Below are positions 9,146 to 18,259 of a DNA stretch of 64,000 nucleotides, one piece after another (the stretch's first letter is position 1; every line of letters starts with the position of its first letter). Origin of the DNA: an uncultured Gammaproteobacteria bacterium (lineage in GTDB: Bacteria; Patescibacteriota; Patescibacteriia; 2-12-FULL-60-25); contig CAZRJW010000002.1 of the NCBI GenBank assembly GCA_964600845.1, positions 9,910-73,909 of the forward strand. The letters are read 5' to 3'. The position numbers were made by a program, and so were the translations under genes. The notes beneath the pieces are model-generated. The model did no database searches. It was not told where the DNA came from and was given only the letters and a program-made list of their open reading frames with translations.

Positions 9146-9433
9146 ATGATCTATCGAAAAGTGCAGGCTCCCATCGATGTGATGATGTGTTTTCGTGATG
9201 GGCACCCTGAACCGATGTTTTTCAAATGGAATGATCGTTTTCATCAAGTGAAGCGCGTCCTCTTTATGCACGCAGAACGGGTAGGGCAGAGACGTGTCTA
9301 TTTTTTCTCCGTTTCAGATGGCTCTCAGGCCTTCCGCCTCCGTTTCTGCACCGAGTCCCTCAATTGGTCGCTCGAAGAGGTTTGTCGTATAGAGCGCAGT
9401 GTAACCCCTGTGCTTGAGGCGGTTTTGGCCTGA
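9146..9433 (+). CDS. small hypothetical protein downstream of lexA
   Basis: Start set at ATG 9146 (MIYRKV), preceded by cttcctcttct. The pattern PEPMFFKWNDRFHQVKRVL...VYFFSVSDGSQAFRLRF...WSLEEV has no function I can assign. Confidence 0.45.
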   Translation: MIYRKVQAPIDVMMCFRDGHPEPMFFKWNDRFHQVKRVLFMHAERVGQRRVYFFSVSDGSQAFRLRFCTESLNWSLEEVCRIERSVTPVLEAVLA

Positions 9434-9456
9434 AAAGCAAAACATTGTGCGAAAAG

Positions 9457-9530
9457 TCGGGGTGACAGGACTTGAACCTGCGGCCTCCTGCTCCCAAAGC
9501 AGGCGCTCTAGCCAACTGAGCTACGCCCCG
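9457..9530 (-). tRNA. tRNA-Pro (anticodon TGG), no encoded CCA
   Basis: Reverse complement CGGGGCGTAGCTCAGTTGGCTAGAGCGCCTGCTTTGGGAGCAGGAGGCCGCAGGTTCAAGTCCTGTCACCCCGA. Anticodon stem CCTGC/GCAGG, loop TTTGGGA. Confidence 0.9.
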
Positions 9531-9674
9531 ACTCTTTTCACAATGTGCGGGGATAATAGCGGGAAATGAGAAACTTGCCAAGCTCCTTTTGAAACGGTCC
9601 CGTAAATGATACACTATGGGCGATTGACGGATTCGTTTAGCCCTTCAATCGATTGATGATCCTTTGGGACATTT

Positions 9675-12519
9675 CATGCGTGATCCTGCCTCCAGAGCGG
9701 ACCAAGAACCGGACGCGCTTTCTCAAGATGAACAGATCTTTTTAGATGGATTGCTCTCTCGAGTAGGTGGACCGGTTCCCGCACAGCCAGCGAAGCGTCG
9801 AACAAGAAGAAAACTTCGACGGAGTGCTTCGCGTACACAAAGTTTGCAGGACGCAGAATCGATTGAGCAGCCAACAATTCACCTCCGTACTTCACATAAG
9901 GGTCCAGTTCGAATCCCTGTTCAGCATCGTCCCCACACGCAGAGTCCTTTTTTGGTCACCGTCCAGGGATTGGTCCAGCCAATTTACGAAGAAGAGCGGT
10001 CTCCACGCGAGCATTCCATTCATGAGTGGGAATTACCCGCTGAGCTATCCGTTTCTTCCGAGGCGTTGCTTGCCGAAGCGTTGGATTTACACCTTCCTGA
10101 TGTTGATCCGTTTATTTTTCATCAGCAATTCACCCCAGGTGATGCGGATGTTGCGTATGCGCAGACCTATGGATTTTGGACACGTGTTCGTAGGCCCTTT
10201 ATTCGCTGGGAAGTCTCGCGTGCGGAAAAGCGAGCGAATGTCCCGGTAAGACCTGTTCAGGCTGTACGCGTTACAAGTGAAGAGCATCTTCTTCCGTCGG
10301 ACTTCGATTATCAGTGGACTACACAGACAGGAGCGAAGCGCACAGCCTTGCGGCACCAGCTAGCGCTTGTACGGCATCGCGTTTCTGCATTTTTCTTGCG
10401 CACAACTGAGACGATTGAAGATACAGTTACTGAATTTGAAGAGCGTGAGGAGGGAGTCATTACAGAGACTGAGCAAGCTTGGGGCGTACCTGTTTTGGTC
10501 CCACGGTTGGACTTCATAAAGATTTTTGGTGGGTTAGCAGCCTTACTCCTTGTTGCGAGTTTGCCTGCAGGGGCAGTTTCCTTGTCTCGCTCCTTCCGAG
10601 GGACAGTCGAACAGAGCTTGGGTCAGAGTCGATCGGCTGTGGAAGAGGTGACGCGCATGACCGACTCAGCGAATCCATTGTTGATGGCGCCATCGGCGTT
10701 GGCGGCTGCCTCTGAGCAGTTCCGTTTGGCTGAAGACGGGCTTCGCCAGGTGAATGGTCTTACGACCCTGATCGTGCGTTCGTTGCCACAGACTCGCGAA
10801 GCCTATCGAACGAGCGTCGCGCTGTTAGATGCGGGTACGCAGGCAACGAAGGCGGGTCGACTCGTAACGGAGGGCGTACAAGAAGCGCTCACCATGCAGG
10901 TCCGTCATCCTATTGAACGCATTACAACGCTTCAAACATTCGTGGATGCTGCGATTCCAACGCTTCGCAAAGCAAGTGATCGCATGGGGGATGTGAATGA
11001 GGAGCTCCTGCCTGAGGGGGAGCGAGAGAAGGTGGTTCAGGCGCGAACAGCGATTGAAGGTGGGTCACGTGCGCTGGAAGATATTTCCAAAACGCTTAGC
11101 TTTGCCCGTTTGCTGATGGGGGAGGCGCGTGAACAGACCTATCTCCTCGTGTTCCAAAACCAGGCAGAGCTTCGTCCAACGGGTGGATTCATGGGATCGG
11201 TCGCCGAGGTTATGATCGATCGTGGAGACATTGATCAAGTGTTTATCCCAGGAGGTGGCCCTTATGATTTACGTAGCCAGCTGAAGAGTCGTGTGCTCGC
11301 GCCAAAGCCTCTCCACCTTGTAAATCCACGTTGGGAGTTCCAAGACGCGAACTGGTTTCCAGACTTCGCCGCTTCGGCCGAAAAGATTAGCTGGTTCTGG
11401 AGTCAGGGCGGACAGTCCACGCTGGATGGGGTGATTGCGGTGAATGCCTCTGTCCTTGAGCCGCTCCTGCGCTTCACGGGCCCAATTGACCTGCCAGACT
11501 ATGGAAAGAGCTTCACGGCGGATAACATCCAGTTAGAGCTGCAAAAAGCGGTGGAACTTGAATACGACAAGACAGAAAACAAGCCAAAGAAGATCATTGG
11601 AGATCTCTTCCCAGTGTTGCTTGAGCGTCTCCGGAACGCCCCACCGGAGGAAACATTGAAGCTCATTTCTATTTTGGACGAGTCGCTCCGAAAGAAAGAC
11701 GTCCAATTATGGTTCCGTGATCAGGAGTTGCAGGCATACACCGAACGCTTTGGCTGGGCGGGCCGCATCAAGCCGACAAAGGGGGACGCTCTAAGTCTGA
11801 TTGAAGCGAATATCGGCGGCCAGAAGACGGATACCGTCATTCGAGAAGCGCTGGATCAACGGGTCCAGATCCTGCCGAATGGTCAGATTGAAACGACCGT
11901 CACCCTTGATCGTACGCATGATGGAAAACAAGGGCAGTTGTTCCGTGGGGCGAATAACGTCGAGTATGTTCGCTTGTATGTTCCGCTTGGTTCGGAGCTC
12001 CTTTCTGTTGAGGGGGTTCAACCGCCAACGACCACAGCGTACAAACTACCAATCGCCCAAGATCTTCCAGATCCTGATTTAGCGAGATACGTGAATTTGC
12101 CACGTGTCGGTCCAGCAGGGGTAGATATTACCCAGGAATTCGGCCGTACGGCCTTTGGTGCGTGGGTGCAGCTCCGACCAGGGGCAAGTTCTCGAACCGT
12201 GTTCCGCTATCGATTGCCGTTTACGGTTCAGGAGCTGTCCGAGCGAGCCATGTCTGACTACGGAGGAGCGACTCCAGAACGTGGAGGCGCCTATACGCTC
12301 TATCTCACCAGCCAATCAGGGAAGACGGATCGAAGTTTAAATCTCCACGTACACTACCCAGAAGCTTGGAACGTTCGTTGGTCGAATCGTGAAGACCTTA
12401 TCCAGAAGCCGGGCGTATTGACCTGGTCCGGCCCGATGGCCGAAGATCAGATTTTTGCCTTGTCCTTTGCCCTCCCTTCGTCCTATGAACAAACCACCGT
12501 CCGACAAGAAGGAGAGTAG
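9675..12519 (+). CDS. DUF4012-like large membrane-anchored extracytoplasmic protein
   Basis: 947-aa from ATG 9675. Internal TM helix (FGGLAALLLVASLPAGAV). Motif FQNQAELRPTGGFMGSVAEVMIDRGDI recalled as typical of DUF4012; from memory, not searched. Confidence 0.6.
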
Positions 12520-12526
12520 GCCGGTT

Positions 12527-14452
12527 ATGCGTAAGAAGGCGGCCTCCAAACCGATGAAGGCGGAGCTGGTTGAGATTGAGGAGGGTGGGCGCGAGGGTGA
12601 GTCTGTCGAAGAGCGATTATCGAATATCTATCGTGATGATCAAGGAGATCTTCCCGATTTTAATCAATTCGACCGAAAGCGAAGCTTTTGGTGGCTACGT
12701 ACGACCGCGTGGATTGTAGTGGTGACATCGATTGTGAGTGTTTGTGCGTGGGCGGGCTTTATGGCTTGGCGCCCGTGGCGTACGGATGGACCACCCGCGA
12801 TCGCTTTGCGGATTGAAGCACCCGGTGAAATCAGTCCCGGAAAAGAAGAAGAGATCCGTATCTATTGGGAGAATACGGACTTGCGTCCAGTACGCGAAAC
12901 GGATCTACGGGTTTTTTTACCGACCGACTTTGTTTTGCAGAAAGCAACGCCTGTTCCGACCAGCGCTTCGTCCACCCTGTGGTCCTTAGGGCTTCTCCCT
13001 CCGCAACAAAAGGGGATAATTACGCTACGAGGGGTTTTTTATGGAGCTACCGATCGCCAAGCGACGATTCAGGCGCTGGCTACCTATCGCTATGATTCGC
13101 TTGATCGAGAGCGACAGCTCGCAGAGACGCTCCGCTTGGCCTACACGACTTCAACGGTTAACGGTGTTCTCACAGCTCCAGAGCGTATGTTGCCCGGCGA
13201 CCAGGTGACGCTTCGCTATCAAGTGACGAATCGTTCGGACCAGGTTCTTGGGCCACTCGTTGCTCGTTTTGTTTTGCCAGATGGGTTCGTGGTCTCGGCT
13301 TCGTCTTCACCTGGCTTGAATCAAGAGGGGCAGACACTGACCTTCCCGATCACGCGTCTGCCACCGGGATCGGTGACAACGCTTCAAGTTGGTGGAACGA
13401 TGCTCTCGGGTCATCCGGGGGATGCGCTTATCACAGCCGCGGTTGGCCGAGCGGATGTGCGTGGGGTCTTTGTTTCTTTGGCAATGTCGGAGGCTCGTTC
13501 CGTGGTCTTGGCGGGGGATCTGGCTCTGCGACTTATCGTGAATGGCAGTCCGACAGAATCCCCAATTGATCCAGGGACGCCACTTCGTATCACGTTAGGC
13601 TACGAAAATACGAGCGGAGAAGAGTTGAAGAACGTTTCTTTGACGCTTTCAACGGAATCATTGATAAACGCCAAACGACAGGCGGGGACAGTTGGGCTGA
13701 TCCAGTGGAGTGCGCTCGAAGATCTTCAGCGCGCAGCTTCGAGCACCAAAGGGCAGACGCAGACCTTGAAACTCACCTCGGCTCAGGTCCCAAGTCTCGC
13801 TTCGCTCCCAGCAGGAGCGAAAGGCTCGTTTGATTGGATTATTCCCATACGGAGCGCCCCAACAGGCACGCGAGACGCTGTCATTCAGGTCGGGGCTCTC
13901 GCACATATCGACCGCGTTGGAGCGACCGTGGGAGCACGAGATGTTCGTGTGATGCCTTTCAATTTACGTTACAAGACGGATGCAGATCTACGCGTAGAAG
14001 CGCAGTACGCAACCGAAGAAGGGGCGCCGATCGGTTTTGGTCCGTTGCCGCCAGAAGTAGGAAAGACCACCGGCTATCGAGTGAACTGGCGTATCACAAA
14101 GAAAGTGCATGAATTGGATCGAATTACCGTTAAAGCAAAGTTACCAGCCATCGCGACCTGGACAAAAAATATTCAAGTCGAACGCGGAACGGTGACCTAC
14201 GATGAAGCGACCCGCGAAGTTCGTTGGACGATCCCGAGTCTTCCACTCGATGTCGCGAGCATAGCAGCTTCCTTTGATGTGCAGGTGACGCCAGCGCGTG
14301 CAGATGTGGGGCGGTTCGCGCCGCTCATTGGAGAAGCGACGTTCGAAGCGCAGGATAAACAATTAAATACACCGCTTTTACGAGTAAAACCAGCCCTTAC
14401 GACGGACCTCCCTGGTGATGAGCTTGCGCGTGGCCGTGGTGTCGTACGCTAA
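12527..14452 (+). CDS. hypothetical membrane-anchored protein with repeated beta-sandwich-like segments
   Basis: ATG 12527, preceded by aaggagag (one of the few SD-like sites in native genes). TM helix (WWLRTTAWIVVVTSIVSVCAWAGFMAW). Reiterated segments such as ..L.Y.NTS...L.NV. Confidence 0.55.
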   Translation: MRKKAASKPMKAELVEIEEGGREGESVEERLSNIYRDDQGDLPDFNQFDRKRSFWWLRTTAWIVVVTSIVSVCAWAGFMAWRPWRTDGPPAIALRIEAPGEISPGKEEEIRIYWENTDLRPVRETDLRVFLPTDFVLQKATPVPTSASSTLWSLGLLPPQQKGIITLRGVFYGATDRQATIQALATYRYDSLDRERQLAETLRLAYTTSTVNGVLTAPERMLPGDQVTLRYQVTNRSDQVLGPLVARFVLPDGFVVSASSSPGLNQEGQTLTFPITRLPPGSVTTLQVGGTMLSGHPGDALITAAVGRADVRGVFVSLAMSEARSVVLAGDLALRLIVNGSPTESPIDPGTPLRITLGYENTSGEELKNVSLTLSTESLINAKRQAGTVGLIQWSALEDLQRAASSTKGQTQTLKLTSAQVPSLASLPAGAKGSFDWIIPIRSAPTGTRDAVIQVGALAHIDRVGATVGARDVRVMPFNLRYKTDADLRVEAQYATEEGAPIGFGPLPPEVGKTTGYRVNWRITKKVHELDRITVKAKLPAIATWTKNIQVERGTVTYDEATREVRWTIPSLPLDVASIAASFDVQVTPARADVGRFAPLIGEATFEAQDKQLNTPLLRVKPALTTDLPGDELARGRGVVR

Positions 14453-14508
14453 TCAACACTGTGGATATCGAATCTGTGCTATGATTACCGATGTTCTTTC
14501 CCTTTTGT

Positions 14509-15825
14509 ATGCCTATCCGCGGATCCCGTCGTCCTAACGTAGTCCCTATCACTGCTCCTTCGTTTTCCACCCCTCCCCGTTCCTACCTCTATCGTAAAAT
14601 CGCATTTGGATTTATTGGACTGACTGTCTTGCTCGTTGCGGCGATTCTCTGGTTGTCTTCGGTGAAGGCGCAGGTCATTGTCCGCGTAAAGAAAGAGCCA
14701 GTAGCGGTTGATACAGTGGTGGAATTGGCGAAGGTTCCAAAAACAGGGCAGCTCCTTGGCCGTGTGGCTCAAGGAACATTTGAGAATCGCAAAGAATTTC
14801 CTATTCGCACAGCAGGTGACAGCGCGACTACAACCACGCCCGTTGCTTTGATCCCTTCATCAACGACCGTTGCGGCTGCGCCTACGGCAACTGCGCCCGT
14901 GATTGCGCCAAACGCGCTTGCACGTGGCACGGTCAAAATTGTAAACACCTATTCGCGCGCTCAGCCGCTTGTACGTACAACGCGGTTGTTGACGGCTGAT
15001 AACAAATTATTCCGCATCGATAAAGCGGTGAATGTTCCAGCAGGTGGTTCAGTGGAAGTAGAGGTGTATGCTGATAAACCGGGTCCAGGATTCGAAATTG
15101 GTCCAACGAAATTCACCATTCCAGGCTTGTTCGTCGATCTTCAGAAATTTATTTACGCAGAATCAACGACTGCCTTCAAACTCGAAACAGTTCCAGTCCC
15201 TGCGCCAACTCCTGCTCCGCGTACGCAGCCAACCCCAGCTCCACGGACGACGCCTCGTGCCGGCGCCCTCACTCCAACGCAAGAAGAGCTTGATGCAGCT
15301 GAACGCCAGGCGATCGATGAGACGCTCGAGCGTGCAAAACGTCAGTTAGCTTCGGAGGTGACCGAATCAGCTTCGTTGGAAGGAGTCTATTTCACCAAAG
15401 TCCGTAAAGAAATCCTTCCTGGATCAACCCCACAATCGTTTATTGTCTATATCCAGGCAGATGTCACAGCCGTTTACTACCCAAAGGATGATATGTTGGT
15501 CTTAGTCCGCAGCAAGCTGCGCGAAAAAGTCCCTTCCGACCGTGAGATTGTCCCATTCGATGGAAAATCGATCCGTTATCAGATCGAATCGGTTGATCCA
15601 CGCTCCGAAACGGCAACGGTCCGCGTCCAAACAGATGCAACCTCTCGCCTAACGCCCTCAAGTGATGGCTTGAAGAAAGAAAATATGGTCGGCAAGTCAA
15701 AGCAAGAATTGGTCGATACGCTGAAGAAGATCGATGGAGTCGAATCGGTTGACGTCATCACCTCACCAGGCTGGTTACGCAAAATTCCAAGCATGCAAGA
15801 ACGGATTGAGTTGAAGGTGGAATAA
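14509..15825 (+). CDS. hypothetical membrane-anchored protein (last gene of the 9.7-15.8 kb surface-protein operon)
   Basis: ATG 14509, preceded by ttctttcccttttgt. TM helix (IAFGFIGLTVLLVAAILWL). The segment GTVKIVNTYSRAQPLVRTTRL...VPAGGSVEVEVYADKPGPGFEIGP resembles proteins often annotated baseplate-J-like in CPR; unverified recollection. Confidence 0.5.
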   Translation: MPIRGSRRPNVVPITAPSFSTPPRSYLYRKIAFGFIGLTVLLVAAILWLSSVKAQVIVRVKKEPVAVDTVVELAKVPKTGQLLGRVAQGTFENRKEFPIRTAGDSATTTTPVALIPSSTTVAAAPTATAPVIAPNALARGTVKIVNTYSRAQPLVRTTRLLTADNKLFRIDKAVNVPAGGSVEVEVYADKPGPGFEIGPTKFTIPGLFVDLQKFIYAESTTAFKLETVPVPAPTPAPRTQPTPAPRTTPRAGALTPTQEELDAAERQAIDETLERAKRQLASEVTESASLEGVYFTKVRKEILPGSTPQSFIVYIQADVTAVYYPKDDMLVLVRSKLREKVPSDREIVPFDGKSIRYQIESVDPRSETATVRVQTDATSRLTPSSDGLKKENMVGKSKQELVDTLKKIDGVESVDVITSPGWLRKIPSMQERIELKVE

Positions 15826-15836
15826 CAACGCCAAAG

Positions 15837-15867
15837 AAAACCCCACGCAAATACGCGTGGGGTTTTC
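15837..15867. terminator. bidirectional intrinsic terminator
   Basis: aaaaccccacgc-aaatac-gcgtggggtttt between convergent genes. Confidence 0.65.
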
Positions 15868-15878
15868 TGTTTAACGCA

Positions 15879-16547
15879 TTAAGGAGAAATGTTGTATCCA
15901 ATTTTGACCACCCCTTGTTTCTGCTTGATATATCGAATGTGCAGGCCGCCAATCTCACCCAAGGCTTGCACATGTGTTCCGCCACAGGGGACGGATTTGT
16001 CTCCTAATCGAACAATCCGCGTTGTTCCCTGAAGATCGATGGTTGTGGGTATGTTCGTTGCAATAAGCGCTGCGGCAGCCGCTTCGATACGGGCGGCTAA
16101 CTCAGCGTCAGGCACCTCCTGGGTCAAATACTCGACGTACGGACCATCTGCAAAGTGATACCCTTTTCCGGGTTGCCACTGGATAGAAAGCTGATCCAGT
16201 ACGACGTCGAGGAGATGTCCCGCCGAGTGGAGGCGGCTGTGAAGTTGTCTCCAGGCGGTATCAATTTCACACAGAACCTCTTCACCAGGTTCGATCATTC
16301 CATCGGACATGATTCCTATGTGCTCTATGGCTCCATCTTCACGTTTCTTTGCCTGGGTGACCTTCAGGATCCCCTGAGATCCCAGTATTTCTCCACGGTC
16401 GGCTGGTTGGCCGCCGCCCTGTGGGTGGAAGATGGTGTCCGCGAGCGTGACGACAACAAGCCCATCACGTAGTTCAGAGCCAAGAACCGTTGTCGAAAGC
16501 TGGCTGCACTGCATGTCGGCGTAATAGCGGGGGAGAGGATTGCTCAT
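15879..16547 (-). CDS. alaX: alanyl-tRNA editing protein (AlaX-type, tRNA_SAD domain)
   Basis: Zinc/editing motifs HSRLHSAGHLL and PCGGTHV. Size (222 aa) fits AlaX-M. Confidence 0.75.
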   Translation of the reverse strand: MSNPLPRYYADMQCSQLSTTVLGSELRDGLVVVTLADTIFHPQGGGQPADRGEILGSQGILKVTQAKKREDGAIEHIGIMSDGMIEPGEEVLCEIDTAWRQLHSRLHSAGHLLDVVLDQLSIQWQPGKGYHFADGPYVEYLTQEVPDAELAARIEAAAAALIATNIPTTIDLQGTTRIVRLGDKSVPCGGTHVQALGEIGGLHIRYIKQKQGVVKIGYNISP

Positions 16548-16630
16548 AGTTCATGGAGGTAAGTGGAATATGGACGTATCGTACGAGACCTCTGGTCAGG
16601 GCCAAAGAAAAACAGCAGATAGCACAAAAA

Positions 16631-16656
16631 TGACAGATATGTCATAAATATGACAT
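16631..16656 (+). promoter_or_regulatory. two interlocked palindromes abutting the start codon of the 16657 gene (candidate operator)
   Basis: TGACAgatatGTCA (16631-16644) overlaps ATGTCATaaatATGACAT (16639-16656). ATG follows at 16657, with no room for an SD. Confidence 0.3.
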
Positions 16657-17361
16657 ATGCGTTTAATTGCGGAAGGGGTCCGGAAACAGGTCTTGCAAGA
16701 TCCGATTGCCTACGACGCGTTGGTCGCCGGGATCCTTAATTGCCGCGCCTACGCCAAATCCATCGTCAAACCTGTGGGCGACTGGTGCCGTAAACCGGTC
16801 AAAATAGATACCGTTATGGCGGTGCTTTTGCGTTTACGACGCACGCTACAGCAAACACAACAAGAAACAGGGAGACTCCCGCTGATCCCTGATTTTTCCA
16901 TCTCCTCGCTGACATTAAAAACGAGCCTGGCAGAAATCGCCTTCGATCTCACAAAGGATATCGATCAAGTCACACATTGGCTCGAAGCCTATCCTAAGCA
17001 AAAAGACGCAATGGTCATCACGATTCGCGGGAATCACGAACTGGCAATCATTGCTCCGCATCAAATCGTCCTCGACCTTCAAAAAACGTTTCCACGCCGT
17101 AAACCAAAAGGCGTTGCCCTCGGCTTAGCCGCGGTGACCGTTACCTACCCCTCGGCGGACTACCTGTTTACTCCAGGGATTACGTACGCGTTGATTCGCC
17201 AGATTGCCTTGCAGCGCATTAACCTAGTCGAGAAATGTTCCACTTACTCAGAAGAAACATTCTTCGTTGCCGAGGAGGATGCGGCTGCTACCTTCGAATG
17301 TTTAAAGCCTTTCCTGAAAACAAAGAGTGATTCTGAACTAAAACAAAAACGGCCACGCTAA
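16657..17361 (+). CDS. hypothetical protein
   Basis: 234-aa ORF with ordinary composition and a terminator at its stop. No motif recognised. Confidence 0.5.
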   Translation: MRLIAEGVRKQVLQDPIAYDALVAGILNCRAYAKSIVKPVGDWCRKPVKIDTVMAVLLRLRRTLQQTQQETGRLPLIPDFSISSLTLKTSLAEIAFDLTKDIDQVTHWLEAYPKQKDAMVITIRGNHELAIIAPHQIVLDLQKTFPRRKPKGVALGLAAVTVTYPSADYLFTPGITYALIRQIALQRINLVEKCSTYSEETFFVAEEDAAATFECLKPFLKTKSDSELKQKRPR

Positions 17362-17374
17362 GTGGCCGTTTTTG
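17346..17374. terminator. bidirectional intrinsic terminator (serves the 16657 gene and rplA)
   Basis: aaaacggccac-gctaa-gtggccgttttt. Confidence 0.65.
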
Positions 17375-17389
17375 TTATATTTTTTTGGA

Positions 17390-18097
17390 TTACGCGACGA
17401 GTGTGCTGCCGTCGACTTTGACGCCTGGACCCATCGAGGAAGTCACTGTGATTGACTTGATGAACACGCCTTTCGAGGAGGCTGGCTTTGCTTTGCGAAT
17501 CGCTTCCACCAACATCGTGAGGTTCGCAAGAAGCGCGTTTACGTCCATCGAAGCTTTTCCGATCGCTTGGTGAATGTTTCCAGTCGTATCGTTCTTGAAG
17601 GATACTTTACCCTTCTTAATTTCTTCGACCATTTTCTTCACGTTTGGGCCAACCGTGTCTGTCTTTGGGTTAGGCATGAGACCGGCAGGACCAAGAATTT
17701 TCGCGAGCTTGGCGAGCTTAGGCATCATGTCTGGGGTCGCAACCGTGATGTCACAGTCGATCTTTCCGTTCTTGATGATTTCCGCAATCAATTCTTCGCC
17801 ACCAACGACGTCAGCGCCAGCATCTTTTGCTTCTTTTTCGCGGTCAGCGGAAACGAAGGCGACGACTTTCTTCGACTTTCCAACAGAGTGGGGGAAGACG
17901 AAGGTCGTACGGACCTGTTGATCACCCTTTTTTACATCGATGCCCAAGTTCAAGTGGACTTCGACGCTAGAATCAAACTTCACGTTTGAGGTCTTTTTGA
18001 CGAGCTCAAGTGCTTCGAGGCCAGAGTAAACCTTCTTGCTATCAATAAGCTTTGCGAGCTCGGTGTAGCGTTTTCCGTGTGCAGTGGCGTTAGCCAT
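17390..18097 (-). CDS. rplA: 50S ribosomal protein L1
   Basis: MANATAHGKRYTELAKLID...VHLNLGIDVKKGDQQVR...IKKGKVSFKNDTTGNIHQAIGK. Start set at the internal ATG 18097. Confidence 0.9.
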   Translation of the reverse strand: MANATAHGKRYTELAKLIDSKKVYSGLEALELVKKTSNVKFDSSVEVHLNLGIDVKKGDQQVRTTFVFPHSVGKSKKVVAFVSADREKEAKDAGADVVGGEELIAEIIKNGKIDCDITVATPDMMPKLAKLAKILGPAGLMPNPKTDTVGPNVKKMVEEIKKGKVSFKNDTTGNIHQAIGKASMDVNALLANLTMLVEAIRKAKPASSKGVFIKSITVTSSMGPGVKVDGSTLVA

Positions 18098-18259
18098 AGA
18101 CTGAATGTGGTGCAAACCTCCGTTTGAGCGGAGTCCCACGAACAAGAGTAAGTGGCCTGATAATAGCCATTTAAGCCAAAAATGTCAAAGGTTGCTCGGT
18201 TCTCTAAGCTCTGGCTTAATATGGGCGACTCGAATAGGAATGTTCGAGAAACGAGGACA

